Origin: Felis catus
Lineage: Eukaryota
DNA: 64,000 nt
Direction of reading: 5' to 3'
Assembly: GCF_018350175.1 (NCBI RefSeq)
Contig: NC_058368.1
Location: forward strand, 189,598,001 to 189,662,000
Shown here: positions 62,585-64,000 of the stretch, in pieces
Layout: the number at the start of each line of letters is the position of its first letter
Numbering within the stretch: position 1 is the first letter of the stretch
Translations under genes and position numbers: made by a program
Notes under the pieces: model-generated
What the model saw: the letters and a program-made list of their open reading frames with translations, nothing else
What the model was told of the DNA's origin: nothing
Databases searched by the model: none

Positions 62585-62936
62585 TGTCTTTGTTCAGGCT
62601 GCTATAACAAAAATACCGTAGATTGGGTAACTGAAACAGCAAATCTATGTTTCACACAGTTCTGGAGGCTGAGATGTCCAAGGTCAAGGTGCCAGCAGAT
62701 TTGGTGTCTAATGAGACCCCACTTCCTGATCCATAGCTATCTTCTCTCAGTATTTTCACTTGACAAAGGGGTGAGAGACCTCTCTGGGATCTCCTAATAT
62801 GGGCACTGAACACATTCATGAGTTTCCAAGCCCATGACCTAATCATCTCCCACAACCCCATCTTCAAATACGATCACACTATGGATTAGATTTCAACATA
62901 TGAATTTGGGACGACACCTACATTCAGGTTACAGCA
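62585..62936 (-). mobile_element. MaLR solo LTR (MLT1A-like) in an L2 3' end
   Basis: 'tgtctt.gttcaggctgctataacaaaaatacc...cacagttctggaggctg..gtccaaggtcaaggtgccagcagatttggtgtct...tttcaacatatgaatttggg..cagca'; TSD gtgcc/gagcc. Confidence 0.9.
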
Positions 62937-62984
62937 GAGCCTCAAAGGGGAGAAGTATGCATTACATGTGTCTCAGATCCTCCA

Positions 62985-63037
62985 CATGACCTGAGCCAAA
63001 GTTGGACACTTAACCAACTGAGCCACCCAGGTGCCCC
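62985..63037 (-). mobile_element. SINEC 5' head only
   Basis: catgacctgagccaaagttggacacttaaccaactgagccacccaggtgcccc. Confidence 0.85.
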
Positions 63038-63199
63038 AAAATATAAAACCAAAATTTAAGTGATTTTTCTTTTTGTCTCCTTGAGGGCAGGGATATGTAT
63101 GCTTTGCCAGTTTACCCTCAGAATCTAACATAGTCTCTAGCATACAATTAATTCTTTAAGAAGAATTGTTGAATAAATGATTAATTAAGTGGGAGATAT

Positions 63200-63480
63200 T
63201 CAACTAATAATAATCATAGAAACAATGACAACATTCATCAAGTGTTTGCCATATGGCAGGGTTATATTTATATAATCTATATTATCATCTGTGTAATATT
63301 TACAGTCTCATCTGAGACTCACAACAAACTGTGATGCTGGTTCTGTAATTAAGCCCACTTTAGAGCCCAGATAGAGATGGGGAAACTGATGCACAGACAG
63401 GTTGAATGACTGGCCCAAGGTCACACAGCAATCAAGGATGCAAACCCTGTCAGTCTAACTCCATGACCCAAGCTCTTAAT
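63200..63480 (-). mobile_element. MIR
   Basis: 'agatggggaaactga.gcacaga.aggttgaatgactggcccaaggtcacacagc...caagctcttaa'. Confidence 0.8.
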
Positions 63481-63764
63481 AATGAAGCTAATATTAATGT
63501 TTGGACATTCTGACCACCTTTATAATGGCCCTGAAGATGAAAAGCATCCAGAAAGAATTTCAGGTTTTTCAAGTGATCAAAGGCACAAAATATAGGACTA
63601 AACTCTCATAAGCTGGCCCTCAATGCAGTTGACTGGTCAATATGCTGCCTTATGAGACATTGATAGAGAAGAGACAATGAAGGAAATTAAGAAAGTCACC
63701 ATACAAACAGAGAAGCAGACAGGCAGAATGTGATGCCAATGCTGTTTGGAGCTTCTGCCGGAAT

Positions 63765-64000
63765 TCACTCAACAAAATTTTATGAATATTCATATGGGAA
63801 ATACCTGAGTATCAGAAATACCCCAATGAGTAAGAGAGTCAAGGTGCCTACACTCATGAAGCTTCCATTCTACTAGGAGAAATGAAGCATAATCCAGTAA
63901 ACCAACCGAGATAATGTAAGACAGTGACAAATGCTAGGATAGTAATAAAATGGGGTAATAAAATAAAGGAAAGCCTTTGCTAGGGAGTATCACTGATGCA
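63765..64000 (-). mobile_element. L2 3' end
   Basis: 'attcactcaacaaaattttatgaa...ctcatgaagcttccattctactagg...aaatgcta'. Confidence 0.65.

Overview
Mammalian genomic DNA from a cat-family (felid) genome, judged by numerous CAN-SINE/SINEC_Fc copies with felid-type bodies and carnivore L1 3' ends. I found no recognisable protein-coding exon, RNA gene or prokaryotic system; the window is intronic or intergenic and dominated by transposon fossils: ~24 tRNA-derived SINEC copies, L1 fragments, L2, MIR, ERVL/MaLR solo LTRs, hAT and Tigger DNA elements, and microsatellites. Repeat family names are recalled from consensus sequences and need RepeatMasker/Dfam confirmation. Most interesting: (1) two repeat-free, CpG-retaining, homeodomain/SOX/TCF-motif-rich blocks that look like conserved non-coding enhancers (~21.47-22.11 kb, ~44.27-45.13 kb), the first holding a perfect-Kozak 31-aa smORF; (2) a 5'-intact, 3'-truncated, tail-less L1 flanked by a 14-bp TSD, carrying a second tiny TSD-flanked ORF1 fragment; (3) an L1 piece whose 3'UTR precedes its ORF2 segment (permuted order) inside a MIR; (4) a ~1.8-kb hAT-Tip100 relic with a readable transposase remnant in a multi-layer nest; (5) several minus-strand, mostly non-coding exon candidates plus a plus-strand bias of L1/SINE, hinting at a minus-strand host transcript. 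None is established as a new biological system from sequence alone.
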